DNA of 61,500 nucleotides, counting the filler, from Sphacelaria rigidula (lineage: Eukaryota), in NCBI GenBank assembly GCA_964200075.2. It is 8 parts of 8 records of this genome, joined end to end, with 100 filler letters (N's around TTAATTAATTAA, not from the genome) between each part and the next. Parts side by side here need not be neighbours in the genome. Positions count along the whole stretch, not along the records: positions 23,101 to 30,700 come from CAXNAA020014154.1; positions 30,801 to 38,400 come from CAXNAA020014155.1; 6 more parts are not named here. One strand, 5' to 3'. Below, in pieces: positions 23,881 through 36,050 of the stretch. The notes under the pieces were generated by a model. That model did not search any database and was not told where the DNA came from. It was given only the letters and a program-made list of their open reading frames with translations. A program made the position numbers and the translations under genes. The stretch's first letter is position 1. Every line of letters starts with the position of its first letter.

Positions 23881-26043
23881 GGCCCTGATCAAGTCATATG
23901 GGGCGAGCAAGGGGGGAGACAAGATTCAGAGGAGCTCGGTGTTGATAAACAAGGAAGGAAAGGTTGCGGCCGTCTGGAACCCGGTGAGTACTGTATGCAT
24001 TTTTTGTCTTGGGATTTCCTTGTTGTGAGCGAGGGCGAGAGGGGGGGGGGGGCGTACTCATTTGTTGTTTGCCTTAGTCATTTGACCATTGACCACGCAT
24101 CCCTTTCGAGACGGAGCACTGAGAGGGGGGGGGGGGCAATCGCAATGTGTTCGAAATCGGAGTTACAGAGGTGAACTTGGTCTCAAGTTTCCAAGGTTGT
24201 GTTCTGTAGGATATGAGATTCCTTACACTTTCAGATATATCGAGTACCGGTTTGAAAGTCTTATAGAAATTACAGAACTTGTTGGGTACGGTTTGGTAGG
24301 CTTACAGAAACCGTATCGGCAACCGGGTATTTCTTCAAGGGCATACCCGCGCTCCGGGCACGTGTATACATTATGTGTGGAACTCACAGGAACTTTTGGG
24401 TAGGGTACGGAGTTCGCACAGAAAACCGTACCCCGCAACCGGGTATTCTTATCAAAGAGCATACCCTCGCCCCCCGGTAACGGCATGGGAGGCTTACATA
24501 ACTCACAGAAGTATCGGATAAGGGTATGAAAGTCTTACGAAGATTACGTAACTGTCGGGTACCAGTATGGAAGTCTTCCATATGTCACAGAAGCGGCAGT
24601 ATATACTCGGAAAAATACCACGGGCATCCTGAAAATCCTACCCTAAAGAAAACAACCTTGGTATCATCATCACCCCTGTGGTGGGACCTACGTCACTACA
24701 GTGGCGAACTACAGATGACAGTTCATGAACACTCTGAACGGCTTCGCGGGGTCGACAGAGAAGGACTACACGAACACTCGCAGTAGTACATGTGCACGGG
24801 ATCGTCAATATCCATCAGCTTCACGTTCAATCCCAGAGAGTATGTGACGGAGCTTTCACGGCTGCCCGCTCTCTGGACGCTCTTCGGAACCACAAAATCG
24901 TCGACAATCTTTACTTCCGGTGGCAACTCATACTCTTTGCCCTGCATGCTGATACCTGCCTGAGGTTCGATGACCACGACACAACCACCGTCAACGTCGA
25001 TGACCTGCGCAGTGCTACTTGATCCCCCTGGTGGCGCAGATGAACTGCCCCCCGCTCGAGCCACCTTTCGAGTCTGGGGGTGATCCATCCTTACGATCTG
25101 CAGTGCTGCTCATGTTTCGTGTTTCCACTCAGCAGGACCTTGTACCCTGTCGGATTCCAAGCTAAAGAACTTTCCAACTTCAGATTATATTTTTGTTGGT
25201 GTCGTAGTGTTGAATAAAGTAGTAGGGTGGGTTGATGAGAGGTACATGTCGAGATCAGGAGGTTGTGTTTCGATTGAACCTGTATCCATACCTTCCCAAG
25301 GTATATGCATATCTGTGCTCGTATCTGCAATCGTGTATTTCTACAACGGTATACCCTGATCCCGGGTAGAGGTATGGGAGGCTTACAGAGCTTCCAGCAC
25401 TGTCGGGTACCGGTTGGAAAGTCTTGCAGAAATTACAGAATTCGTCGGGTACGGCATGGAAGGCTTGCAGAAAACCGTACCGACAATCGGGTATTCTTCG
25501 AGGGAATACCCGCGCTCCGGTTTCGTGTAAACATTTTGTACAGAACTCACAGAAACCGTCGGGTAGGATATGGAGGTTGCACAGAACACCTCACCCCCAA
25601 CGGGAATCTTATCAAGAGCATACCCTCGCCTACGGTAACAGTACGGGAGGCTGACGAAACTCACAGAAGTATCGGGTGAGGGTATGAAAGTCTTGAAGAG
25701 ATTACAGAACTGTCGGGTACCGGTATGAAAGTCACACAAGTGTCGGTCGGGTACGGTACATACCCGGTAAAATACCCCGGGTATACATGATAACGTCCCC
25801 TTCAAAACACAACCTTGCAAGTTTCAGTAAATGTAGGGTTAATAGTTTGTTCGTGAAGGCGAGAAATTTCCTGTTCACAACAATTATGCTGACTTCTTCC
25901 GTGCGTCCCTTTACTTTCCCTTCCTCTCCTCTCCTTTCCTTTTTTCGTATTTTTTTGTTTGTGATGACTGGTGCCCGATGCAGGTCAAGGGAGCGGAGCA
26001 ACACCCGAATGAGGTTCTGGCGAAACTCAAGGAAATGTCATGA
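23881..26043 (+). CDS. PRXQ: Peroxiredoxin Q/BCP family, last two exons (copy 1)
   Basis: Exons 23881-23983 (ALIKSYGASKGGDKIQRSSVLINKEGKVAAVWNP) and 25984-26043 (VKGAEQHPNEVLAKLKEMS*) match the BCP C-terminal pattern R.TF.I.K.G....W..VK...H..EVL. Confidence 0.82.
24041..24120 (-). repeat. Structured short dispersed element, copy E (intronic)
   Basis: Reverse strand GTGCTC-CGTCTC-GAAA-GGGATG-CGTG-GTCAATGGTC-AAAT-GACTAAGGC-AAACAACAAAT-GAGTAC. Confidence 0.85.
24192..25817. mobile_element. Compound hAT element: two direct ~450-560-bp MITE-like units flanking a cargo ORF
   Basis: Perfect 12-bp TIR CAAGGTTGTGTT/AACACAACCTTG and perfect 8-bp TSD CAAGTTTC (24184-24191, 25818-25825). Internal right-type TIR ends at 24660; a left-type TIR-like motif is at ~25259. 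Confidence 0.9.
24723..25088 (-). pseudogene. 121-aa ORF inside the hAT element, possibly a transposase N-terminal fragment
   Basis: ATG-initiated ORF ending near YYCEC, reminiscent of the start of a BED finger. No catalytic domain visible. Confidence 0.35.
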
Positions 26044-28053
26044 AGAAACTAAGTCGACCTATATACACACCCACCTGCTCTACGATTCGTTTACTTGGGA
26101 AGGGCTGCATTTGTTTTGGCTGAGGTTTCACCAGCATGTGTACAGCAGGCTGTGCCGCGTAGTGAGTGTTTCCCATCACTCAAGGGCGCGCGATTGTAGG
26201 TCAAATCGGACATTGAATATCCCATGGTCGCTCGGGATCACTTTGTAGGTATCATGGAGGCGGTGGATATACGATTCAAAGGTTCTTCTCCTGTCGATTT
26301 TTAAAGAAATTATTTTTAATTGAAAAAGTCGATATATTGTACAAAAATGTAACGCTTCCGGTGTGAAGATGATATCAACATATCAATTGGTCCTCTCGTC
26401 TCGTACTGTTTTGTTTCAGTCGTTATGTCGTGGGATGCAAAAGACGATTTCTCTGTTCCTCTTGATTTGGTGGCCCTCAGGTGATGGTGACGACGAGTGA
26501 TGGTATGTTGTGATATCTTGTAGTGACCTTACCGTAGAATGCGGTGGATACAATCCCCGCGTAACGAATTTTTTTAGACCTGGAGACTCATCACCCTGCG
26601 GTAGAGTATTCATGTGGCGATATACAATATACCCCTGTACAGTACTGTACGTACTGGTGTGGTGTTTTAAGGAAATCCGGATTTGTATCCCCCGGGGTTT
26701 GGCATGCTACGCATGTGTAACAGTACATCGTATGTTGCGGTGCTGCAGTGTGGGGGAATTGTGCTGCCAAGACAGCCTGCACTACTATGCTCGTAGTAGG
26801 GCTGTCGCCGGTGTTGTTTGTGTTCTATTTACCGGCGGCTGGTGGAAACGCCTCCATGGAGTGTTTTAGTGCACCGTAAGTTTCACAGTACTAACACCGC
26901 CCGGGTGCGGACCTTTTGGGTCCCAAGAACTCGTCACATTGGGGTATTCATGTAGGGGGTGGTACCCAACGTACGCAGATGCTGTACTGCACTATACGGT
27001 AATTTCCGACATGATGCCGAAATTGGTCGAACATTCACCACCATGGGTGCTATGTAAAGTGACGGTAATACATGCCGCGTACCCGCTGACCCGTCTACAG
27101 GTACTGTACTGTATAGCGTACGACGTGTTGAGTGGAGGAGTGTCAGTCGACGATTTCGGAGCGGGCGCCAGCGGCCGTTGTCGCTGTTGTGTTTACACTT
27201 GTAGTACCCGAACGCCGGCAGGGTTGCTCTTCTGAACACAAAATCGACAAAACAGACCTGTACAGTACACACAACCTGGATGTGCCAGCTCTGATGGAAA
27301 AAGAAACACTGTCGACTTCGTTGTCGTTGCTTCAACCATTTGATGATAATTTGGCTCTCTGTTCTCTGCTATTTCGCTGTACTCTATTATCATTGTGCCA
27401 AAGTGGGAGAGTGCGTGGGGTTCCTCTCGAGCTGGGTGGCGCCGATCGCCTCAGTCCTATTCGGATAAGACTGTCCCGCTCCCCCTCCCCATTCTTGCTG
27501 TACGTGTAACCAGTGACCCAGGAATATTTCTTCGTTTTTCTACAGTGTACATCGCACAATGCTGGCAGAAAATTCCGAAAGTTGCGTCAAATACTTGTTC
27601 GTACGTGTGTATGCCGTGATGTGTGCCGTATCAAGTATGTCATTTTTGTGTTGTGGCAAGAAATTGGGTGGACGATGCTCGTTTCCTTGTTTGACATCCC
27701 CCCGCATTTACACCGAATTGGTCGATTGGTTGATTATATCACATTAGCTGATTGCAACAATCCATCCAGCCCGTAGAATATCTTGACCTTGGTTCAATAA
27801 AAGGCGAGATACGAAGTTTTCCCACCGGCGTATCTGTGACTGACTGCGACTTAACACATGCCGTGCTGGGTCGACGCTAGCGAAGCACCACCTTTTGTAC
27901 TATTTAGTAGCGCGATCTGGTGTGAAAGGTCTGAAACACGCGAACGGGAACTGAAACAGTATATCGTGATCTAATATGACGATGAAGAACACTGTTATGA
28001 CCAGCGCAATCATGATCATCACACACCGCAAGATCCCTCTGACATCTCTGATT

Positions 28054-30551
28054 ATGCGCTGTGCACAGTTGCTAGCTCTCGCTGCCACCGCGATTCACCA
28101 AGCCCAAGGCTTCGTGCAACCGCTGACTGCATCTTCCGCCTTCAGGACGAGCGCTGTCTGTAGGGAGACAAACGGTATCGTGCGTGGTAGTACGTGCACG
28201 AGGGTGCCAGCTAGGCGAGAGCGGCGCAATTTGGCGTTGAGGATGAGCGAGGAGGGCCTAGGCGTCCCACCGGAGGTACTATGAGAATAACCAGTCCATG
28301 TTTAAATTGTACAACATGGGGTGTCTACTGTTTTGAATCCTTCCAAGTTTCAAGCAAACATGAAAAACATGGGGACTCTTTGTGCGGTGTGATGAGGGCA
28401 CCCAGACGTTCGAATCATGAACATGCTACATGCGACAACATTTTGCTCACCACCACCGTACCGCGGTGGTACTGACAGTTGTCTGCCCTTTGCTCTATGC
28501 CGGGGATGGTACTAATACCGTCTGTTGCGCATGCACAAGCCAGTAACGAGTGTACAGCATCATGTGTGCAGCGCACAGTGTACCCGCTAGAACGATCATT
28601 TTGTTGCCATCTGGGTTTGTAAGTGTTGCTCACTCTTACTGAAGCGTGCTCCGGGGGGGAGCGACCTTCGATGTGTCTACGAGAACTTGATTTAGGTACG
28701 CACCTCACACAAGACAGTAGTGACTGGGTCGAGTGCGGGGTAAATAGCCCGCTTCTTGAGTTGTATGATATCAGCTGGACCCATCCTGTGCCATAACATC
28801 CACGTCCCGTTCGCATGAACGATATTCCTGAGTATTTCCCCATCAAATGCTATTTGTAAAGCTGGTGATGCTACGCAATGACACATTCGTGTACTCCAGT
28901 GCAGCTTGAGGCAACGGAGTCGTTCATACGAACAAGAAGTGTCTGTTCGTGGGGTGTTCGGCCATGCACGGTACACTCTACATCTCAATGATCCCATCCG
29001 CTTTGCAGAAGTTCAGAGCAGCAGCCCTCAACCCTCTCTGTCTTCTGAAGTATTGCCTGAACAGACCGCACACCACAGTCAGCACTGTAGTACTCGTAGG
29101 TAGTAGTAGTCTTTGCGCTGCACATTGCGGAGACAGCGACTACAAGATGATGCTGAAATGGACATGATGTACACGGTCTTGCGTTCAGTATGCCGGCTCG
29201 ATACAGCGCATGCAGTGTGCCACAGACAGTGTCCCGACGATGTTGGCTGAGGTCACAAGTTCCATCAGGACTTGCTGAGATGATGATAGCACGCGAGTTT
29301 CCGGCACCACTGTAGACTACTCAGTGCATTGGAATGTGCATCAAAAAGAGAATGGTTTTTACGGCGCCATGACGAAAAAAAAATGACACTCAAAAATTGA
29401 GCACAGTGCTGTTTCCTGCACACACCACAAGTACACACTGTTCTATTATAACTCGAAATGAAGAGAAGCGTGAGACACCGCAACCTTGCAGGGTATGTTC
29501 GGTAATCTTGGATTTGTGTTTTCCGCGCCGGCATGGATGGCCATCGATGGACCGTGAACATTACCTGGTGCGCGGTAGGCCAGAGCTTGAGCACCTCGTG
29601 GTGAGGACGGACGGTAGCATGGGTTGTGCTCGTGAGCTTCATATCCGTGGCCACTCCATTACTTTTGCGCTGAACAGCCACCGCCTGTGCTGTACGTTGT
29701 GTGCTGCTGGGAGATCGCAACTGAACGATTTCTGCCGGTATTGCCTAAGAAATCGACACAGTCAACCAATCTCATCTCTGTCCATTGGGCTCGATCTGGG
29801 CAGACCCATAGTCCCCCTGTTACTGCGGTAGACCCGTTGGCTGAACGCGTCGGAATACGCTGGGAAAAAAAACGCCCCTCTTGCCAGACGGCTATCCTGT
29901 GGGCAATGCGATACTCACCCTCTGTCGGTCGCGGCCGACCGTCAAACGGGTCCCTGTCCCTCTACAATGGGTTCCGCTCTATACCATTGAGTAGCGCTCG
30001 CGAATGCGTCGATTTCGCGATTCGGTGTCGGATTATCTCGGCCACCGAGCGCCATGCGTGCCAACTGGGCGAGCGCTCGGGATTGTGAACCCTGTGAAGA
30101 TTCGAAAATGATGGTGTAGAATAACACAAAGTATGTTCACAACCATCGATTTTTGTCGCCGAGGTTTGAAATTTTGCATGAACCCTACTTTGAATAAAAA
30201 AGACAGAAAATATCAAGCACGACGAATCCCGACAACGAAGAAGGGGAAGAAAATGAAGGGGAAGAGTAACAATGGCAAAAGCTAAATCGAGAACAACAAC
30301 AAATGTAGATGAAAACGGGGGCGAAGCGTGTGTAGAAATGGCGGCGAGGACCTCATGTTTATTTTGCAGAAAGCCTGATGTGTCGCGAGGTGTGATGCTT
30401 TTGCGACCTTGGCCTCCTTCTCGATGTATGGCAGGTCGGCACGGACGCGCCGGCCTTTTCGGTGAACGATCAAGACGGAAAGGAGGTTACCCTGGCATCT
30501 TTCAAGGGCGACAAGAACGTCGCGCTATACTTCTACCCCAAGGACGACACG
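28054..30551 (+). CDS. PRXQ: Plastid-targeted peroxiredoxin Q/BCP, first exons (copy 2)
   Basis: Exon 28054-28275 encodes a signal peptide, AQG-FVQP (ASAFAP-like) and an R/S-rich transit peptide. Exon 30435-30551 encodes VGTDAPAFSVNDQDGKEVTLASFKGDKNVALYFYPKDDT, the PrxQ YFYPKDDTPGC motif. Both exons are phase 0. Confidence 0.88.
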
Positions 30552-30610
30552 GTAAGGGGAAATACTCGTTTTTTGGTTCTTCGCGTGTCGTAGATTACCG
30601 GGGGGTTGGG

Positions 30611-30663
30611 GAGGGGGGGGAGCGTACTCATTTGTTGCTTGCCTTAGTCGTGTGACCATTGAT
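30611..30663 (-). repeat. Structured short dispersed element, partial copy F (another start at 30690-30700)
   Basis: G-run + CGTACTCATTTGTTGCTTGCCTTAGTCGTGTGACCATTGA, closely matching copies E, G and H. Confidence 0.8.
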
Positions 30664-31284
30664 GGTTGGGGAGGGGGGGAGGGGGGAGGGGTGTACTCAT
30701 NNNNNNNNNNNNNNNNNNNNNNNNNNNNNNNNNNNNNNNNNNNNTTAATTAATTAANNNNNNNNNNNNNNNNNNNNNNNNNNNNNNNNNNNNNNNNNNNN
30801 GCCAATCGGGCCCGTCCCTGCAGGGACCACGCCCCTGACCCTAAACACGTAACACTAACCCCAATCATAACCGTAGGGGTGTTCAAATTTCGATGCGGTC
30901 CTCTAAGCACGCGGTCCTCTCATGCATTACACCGATGACCTCAGATGCCGGAAGGCATTTTTTCGAAAATTGTCCTGATATTTTCTTTTCCCCATCAATT
31001 TTGTTGCAAGCAATTGATCAATAAACACTGACAAAAATCGAAAAGTCTGGTGGGCTTTGCGGGGTTTATGTACAATTTGATTCTGCTCCTTGCCCGCTCT
31101 GTCCCGATGGTCTCAAGTCTCCATGCCAAGGATCTCTGTCCACGGCAGCTGACCGCATTCGCCAACGCTTCGGCAATAAACTAGGGGACAGACGGCTGGG
31201 TGCCCCCCCCCCCTCCCCCCCTCAAAAACTCGAATTCTCGATATTGGGGCCTAGATGTCCAGTTTTGTTTTTTACACTGCCCCC

Positions 31285-32900
31285 TGCTCAAGCTTATGTC
31301 CTTTGACTACTTTGGCCCTGTACCGACCACAGGTGGCGGCAACACCTACATCTTACTCTTCACTGACCGCTTCAGCCGCCACGCGTCCATGCACGCGGTA
31401 ACCTCCGCAGATTTCGCTGCCCCCGGAACGGCCGACATATTGGTCCACGACTACATTAAGCATTACGGCTGCCCAGAGCAACTCCTGTCAGACAATGGTC
31501 AGCAATTATGTTCCGATCTCTCTGATGAGCTTTACAAGCTCCTGGGCATCCGCAAATTCGTAAGGAGCGCCTACCACCCGAACGGTAACGATGGTACCGA
31601 AAGAGTTAATCACATCATGGCTCAGATGCTCCCTGTAGTTGTCCATGACCGCCAAAATGATTGGGACCTACACCTCTCGCACATCATGTTGTCCTACAAC
31701 AACTCGGTTACCGCCGCCACAGGCCTTTCTCCAAACGAACTCCATCTTGGGCGCTACCCTCGGCTGCTCATCACCGTGTTTGAGAGAAGCACGTTCGACG
31801 GCCACCAAGGCTTGGATCAGGATCAGATATCCTACTACGAGCTAGCGCATGCACGACAACGCAAAGTGTTTATCCTCGTGCGCGAACAACACGCTCTCAA
31901 CGCCTCGCGCCTAGAGGGATCCAACACTGCTCTCTACAACCTCATGTAAAAATACCCCAACTGGAACCTTGGTGATTGGGTTTGGATCTGCAACAGTTTG
32001 TCGACCATCCACCAAGGTACCAGCAAGGCAGCCAACGAAACAATTTTGAGGACAAAATTGTCCTTCAATTGGACAGGACCATTCAAGATCCTGACAGTCG
32101 GACCATTGCCATCATCACCGGATGATGAACTCGTTGGTGACAAACTGCTCTATCTCGACTTGCCTCGCGACTTCCAGGGCAAGGACCGCGTCTCCGTGCA
32201 CAGATGCAAACCCTGCACAAACCCGCATGATACAAGTGATATGCCCAAGTACGTGCCTGCCGGACTCACACAGTATGTTCTCAACAGCTACTCGACCAAA
32301 TCCCCGCCCTAACAAGTTACCACCGACGACGTAACGGAACAGCCCCTCCGATGTCCTCCATCTCCGGCCACCAGCTAGACCGTGGTCGAGGTGGAAAAAT
32401 TGCTATCATGTATAAGATCCACCGGCACGGTCTTCGGAAAGCGTCTTGGAAACGCGAATCCGACCTTCGATTGCACCGCCGTGCAATCCTCCTGTACTGG
32501 ACGCAATCCCAACATCAGCATCTTGCTCACGACAAGAAGTACCGCAACATGCGTCGTGGTGCGGCAGCCCGCGAACTTCACCGCGATCAGGGACTACGCT
32601 TCGTCGCCGATGGTTACGAACTTGTACCCACCAAGACTTGTAAGACGAAGTTCTTCTCAAACCAGCGAATACTGCCCAAGGACAGCTACCTTTGGTTCAA
32701 AGGCAGCGACAACCGTTGGTGGTTGGGTCAGACCCACTCCGCTAACCTGGTTTCTGCCGACACATACATCGTGTGCTTCATCCATGACCCTGGACCCATA
32801 CAGCCAAGCTCCGGCCAGCACAATACACCACCAGCCCATCTGCACCACGCGGGTCCTGGTGCCTCCAGCGCCTTAAGTCCAAAGGACTTCGCCGCGGTCC
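31285..32900 (+). pseudogene. Gypsy LTR-retrotransposon pol 3' part: integrase + GPF motif + chromodomain + PWWP/Tudor-like domain (disrupted)
   Basis: DYFGP..TDRFSR, LLSDNG, YHPNGNDGTERVN (DDE) and WTGPF. In-frame TAA at 31947 and 32310, frameshift near 32345. Confidence 0.92.
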
Positions 32901-33527
32901 CCAGCGCAACATCGACCACACCCGCGATGCCCCCACCCCGCTTTGAACCACGCTCCCTCGCCGCAGCGTTTCACCCCCCTTCTGCAGCATCGTTTGCCCT
33001 TCTTTCTTCACTAGGGCCCGCTTCGACGACATCACAACAGGACCACCTACATCGGACGACGATCGAAACATTACTGAAGACAATCACCATCTACGGCTGC
33101 TGAAGCTATAATATCTCCTTTTGGCTCGCGCTCGATCTCGTTAGATAACCAACTTTAAGATTCCTGATCTCGTAGTTTTTAGCACCTTTGGATTCCCCCA
33201 GGTTGAAGCTCTGCCCCTGTTGTACCTCACTCTTTTCCCCCTTCGTTTTGCTAGGACGCCGAAGCAATTTGCGCTACTTCGTTGATCTAGCACCCACGAA
33301 CAGTTTGTGCTTCCGCGTTTCGAAGCAGTTTTCTGCTCCTCGAGGCAGTCTATACTTCCCTTCTTTTGAGGTGTGGAAGTGGGTACGAGAGTGTCGGGTA
33401 CGGAAGTGTTTCCTTAGGTATGCTTCATTAGCCGCTCACGACTTCACGGGTAAAGAAAAACCTGAGTTTTCGCTGCTTTGAGGATAGATCCTCGCAGCTG
33501 TAATGAAGGTTCGTCTGGGTGGGCGAG

Positions 33528-33985
33528 TGTCACGAGGACGCATACTAGTCTATTATCATGCAGCCTCAGACCCGTTGATGAGTCCGGCTTTGTATTTGCA
33601 ACTAGGTTATTCTGAGACCCAAGACCGCAGGTCTGTTCAGAGTTGGTCAGGTACGAGTGTGAATTTGTGTATGGCAGAGACGATGATGGCTTGAGCGTCC
33701 CTTGGGCAAGCGAGGGCCACTCTCTGACACTACCATCTACTCCCCCTCCCTCAGCAAGAAGTCTACCACTGGTGAGACTGATATACTGAGCGTGAAATTG
33801 AATTGATTGAGTGGATACTGGAAGGTCGAGACCAAGCAATAAAGAAGGAGATATAACTGCGCGTGAGATATTACTATTCGTCGAACACGTTTTGTGTGAG
33901 ACGGTGCTTTGTTGTTTGGCCTGGCCGTTCAGTCTTGAGGACTGACCCCCTTGTCTTGCCTAGTGAGCCTGAGCTTGTCATAACA
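33528..33985 (+). mobile_element. 3' LTR of the Gypsy element
   Basis: G-rich tract GGGTGGGCGAG, then TGTCAC...ATAACA. AATAAA at ~33838. Internal blocks are homologous to the LTR at 42894-43839. Confidence 0.72.
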
Positions 33986-34612
33986 GCACCGTAACCTCAT
34001 CACAGTAAGGATCTCCGTTGAGGATATATGACCTGCATCCTACAACAGATACCCGACCTCTCTAACCGATAACCGACATGACTTTTGAGACAAAAAAAGC
34101 ATGTATACCACAAGTGGAAGTTCATGAATGCTTCTAGCAGACGCAGGCAACTCGCACGCCTTACTTCCCCTGTCATCAAGAATAGGTCAATGTGCCTGTT
34201 GTATATCTTGAAGGCGACAGGCCCTCGAGTCAAACCAACGCCTCTCAACCCGACATCTCTTCACACGAGCTCCGGATTGGACTGCGCGAACTACGAGCAG
34301 GGAAGCTCATCTTGAACGGTGAGCCTCGGATGACACGTTTGTTTCCTTCAGCGCACGCATTTTGCTGATATGTCTTGAACGATTGAGATCGTAGGAAGTC
34401 GGGCGCCAAGTTCTGGGTAAGCATGAGCCTGAACGGAAGGTCGGTCGAGAAAGTGATTATCGCGGAAAAATCAGTTAAAGCATGCTCTTTTCTCATGAAT
34501 TTCAGCTTGAGCACTTTCGACCCGGAGATCGACAGCTCGCGGCCGGTTGCTCTGTCTCAGTTTGCCGGTGACTAAGCGTTCACGGTGGTTGCTTGCATTC
34601 AATGATAATAAT

Positions 34613-36050
34613 CTACACGGGACCTGTACAGCTGTTTCTGATCATATTCCTGTACTCGCACATATTTAACGACACTCGGGGTCGGTTTGCGTAACAATTA
34701 CCCTGCGCCCGCTCCACTGGCTAGTGTATTGCTAGTCTCTGCTGCTGCATCCCGAAGAGGCATGTAGTATTTCGACGTCAAGGTGCAGGTCGACTAGTTT
34801 GTGCCGATCAGTGGTGAGTCGTACCTGATCTCTGCCGCGGAAACATGGAAGATGGCCAGTTTCTCTTCGGTGGACAGACTCTCGAAAAGCTCTGGCGACG
34901 ACACCTCCAGACAAATACGACCAGAATGAGTAAGGGCATGAAATTCATCGAAAATTTCAAAAACGGACGTAGTCCCGGAGCACTAATGCCAACGTCGTCT
35001 GAAAACGGGGGTGGAGTACAACCGATCTGGTTGGGAACAACCAGACTCCATAATCGCTTACGATGCAGTTCGAGACCCAAGTCGCGATTGAACAGACAAG
35101 GGGAAGAAGGGTCGCTTGCTACGGTCGTAAACATTGCTAAATAGCCAAAATCTTCCCTTCTACTGGTATGTAGATACTTTATGATCCAACTGGTGCTCGT
35201 CCCCTTTCCCGTAGATTTGTGTCGCACGGGACACACTGTCGTAGGGCTGCCTTGTAGAACTGATCGCGATCTGCCACACCTTCATTACGTCATTGCGCAT
35301 TTTGGCATCAATGTTGATCTCAAACTCGCTGCCTTGTTTGATAAACTTGTCTTGAATGGCCTTAACCTTCTTGAATGGGTCGGGAATCTGTCGAAAGTCC
35401 GTATCTTCGTATTCGTGCACCTGCGCATACCGTTGCGTGACATCCACATTCAGCCTGGACGCTTTCATAACGAATCTACAGCACCTGCATTGACTGTACC
35501 TTGCTAGTGTGTTGAGGCACTCACTGGCTTTGGAAAGGCAAGACAAAGGAATACAGACGGCGATGAAAAAGGCACAGGAGGAGAAGAAGACACCGCACTC
35601 ACTCTCGACGTTTGTGCGGCCATAGGGTCGGACGAAAACCTTCTCACCATATTTCCACACTGCGCATAAGCTGGGGTGAGCATGAGGATGGACATTTTCG
35701 CGCGCTATCAACCCCGTGAGCGGCAGAGACTAGCACAATCGCACGTACCTTGCAGGCATTGCACACCCTGAACTGTATTCAACTATAATTCACCAAGCTC
35801 GTTCTCGGAAGAGATATGTTGTTGCAACACCCATTTTATCGAACTTCAAAACCAAACGATTCTACCAACAATGGCACTAGTTTCTTGTCACGTTTTAGAG
35901 TGAACTCTATGCGTTCTTTCGTTTGCTGCTGACCTCGTTCAGAAACCAGAGTGATTCGCCGCAGAGGTGCTTCTGGACGAATTCATTAAACACCGGATAT
36001 ACTTCGCTGTTGCCCATGAGTTGCTCCACGGTCTGGTAGTCAACCGTGCT
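34613..36050 (-). CDS. RGS (regulator of G-protein signalling) domain gene, 3' exons
   Basis: Exons 36050-35934 (..EQLMGNSEVYPVFNEFVQKHLCGESLWFLNE), 35420-35280 (VHEY..AIQDKFIKQGSEFEINID..R), 34904-34825 (..LAIFHVSAAEI) and 34649-34613 (RNMIRNSCTGPV*) join in frame and follow the RGS helix pattern. Confidence 0.88.

Noticed and set aside
29278-29400. Intronic C/D snoRNA (ATGATGA)
   Set aside because: No D box CTGA at a suitable distance and no terminal stem.
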